From the human T2T-CHM13v2.0 reference genome, Homo sapiens, in NCBI RefSeq assembly GCF_009914755.1, contig NC_060927.1: a stretch of 64,000 nucleotides of DNA; one strand, 5' to 3'. This document shows positions 62,755 through 64,000 of this stretch, in pieces (position 1 is the first letter of the stretch; each line of letters opens with the position of its first letter). The position numbers and the translations under genes were made by a program. Under the pieces are notes generated by a model that ran no database searches, was not told the DNA's origin, and worked only from the letters and a program-made list of their open reading frames with translations.

Positions 62755-63947
62755 AAATCTAAGACCTGAAACCACAAAAATTCTACAATATCAGAAAAAC
62801 TCTTCTAGACATTGGCTTAGGCAAAGAATTCATGACTAAGACCTCAAAAGCAAATGCAACAAAAATAAAAATAAATGGGACCTAATTAAACTAAAAAGCT
62901 TCTGCACAGCAAAATAATCAGCAAACAGGCAACCTACAGAATGGGAGAAAATATTCACAAACTGTGTGTCTGACAAAGGACTAGTATCCTGAATCTACAA
63001 GGAACTCAAATCAGCAAGAAAAAAACAATCCCATCAAAAAGTGGGCAAAAGACATGAAGAGACATTTCTCAAAAGAAGATATACAGCTAACAAGCATGAA
63101 AAAATGCTCAACATCACTAATCATCAGGGAAATGCAAATTAAAACCACAATGAGATACCACCTTACTCCTGCAAGAATAGTCATAATTAAAAAGTCAAAA
63201 AACCAACAAACAGAGGAGCATGGATGTGGTAAAAAGGCAACATTTTTACACTGCTGGTAGGAATGTAAACTACTACAACCACTACGGAAAACGGTATGGA
63301 GATTACTTAAACAAAAGTAGAACTACCATTTGATCCAACAATCCCACTGCTGGGTAAAGGTAAAGAAGCCAGGCTAAAAAGGTTACATATCAAATGATTC
63401 CGTTTGTATGGGTATCTTGCTGGGTATCTAAGCAAAGGAAAAGTCATTATATGAAAAAGACACATCCACATGCATCTATATAGCAGCACAATTCACAATT
63501 GCAAAGATATGAATCCAACCTAAGTGCCCATCAACCAATGAGTGGATGAAATAAAGAAAATATAGTATATATACACCATAAAATACTCCTCAGCCACAAA
63601 AAGGAATGAAATAATGTCTTTCACAGCTACTTGGATGGAGGTAGAGGCCATTGTTCTAAGTGAAGTAACTAAGGAATGGAAAACCAAATATGGTTATGCT
63701 CTCACTTCGAAGTGGGAGCTAAGCTATGAGGACATAAAGGCGTAAGAATGATATAATGAACTTTGGGGATTTGGGCAGTGGAGGAAGGTTTGGAAGGGTG
63801 TGAGGGTTAAAAGCCTACATATTGGGCACAGTGTACACTGCTTGGGTGACAGGTACAGTAAAATCTCAGAAATCACCACCAAAGAATTTATCCATGTAAC
63901 GAAAAATCACCTGTACTCCCAAAACTATTGAAATAAAAAAGAAAGAA
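62755..63947 (+). mobile_element. 5'-truncated L1PB (L1PB1-like)
   Basis: ORF 63054 [36 protein letters not shown]; L1PB 3' UTR; candidate TSD aaaaaagaaagaa. Confidence 0.9.
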
Positions 63948-64000
63948 TGACTTCCTTTAATGTCTCAATAGCCTACTTAATTTTATAGGAAGAAAATGTC

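Overview
Primate, almost certainly human, genomic DNA. It is AT-rich, carries more than 50 Alu copies and many old L1/L2/MIR/MaLR/DNA-transposon fragments, and has no convincing protein-coding exon. Most ORFs in the track are Alu or L1 read-throughs; the only recognisable protein motifs belong to decayed L1 ORF2 and retroviral genes. It looks like part of a long intron, probably of a minus-strand gene (inference; host not identified). The main structure is a ~10.6 kb, complete but decayed class I endogenous retrovirus on the minus strand (50511-61118). It has two LTRs, a tRNA-Leu PBS, gag/pro/pol/env remnants and a PPT, sits inside an L1MC 3' end, and was later hit by about 11 Alus. Other notable items: a 49-bp templated insertion copied from 1.9 kb away into an L1PB, several other repair-like scars, a compact RFX X-box + CCAAT + E-box module in repeat-free sequence at ~24.2 kb, and Alu pairs that reused the same target site. 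I do not see a new multi-gene system. Repeat subfamily names are from memory of consensus sequences and boundaries are approximate.
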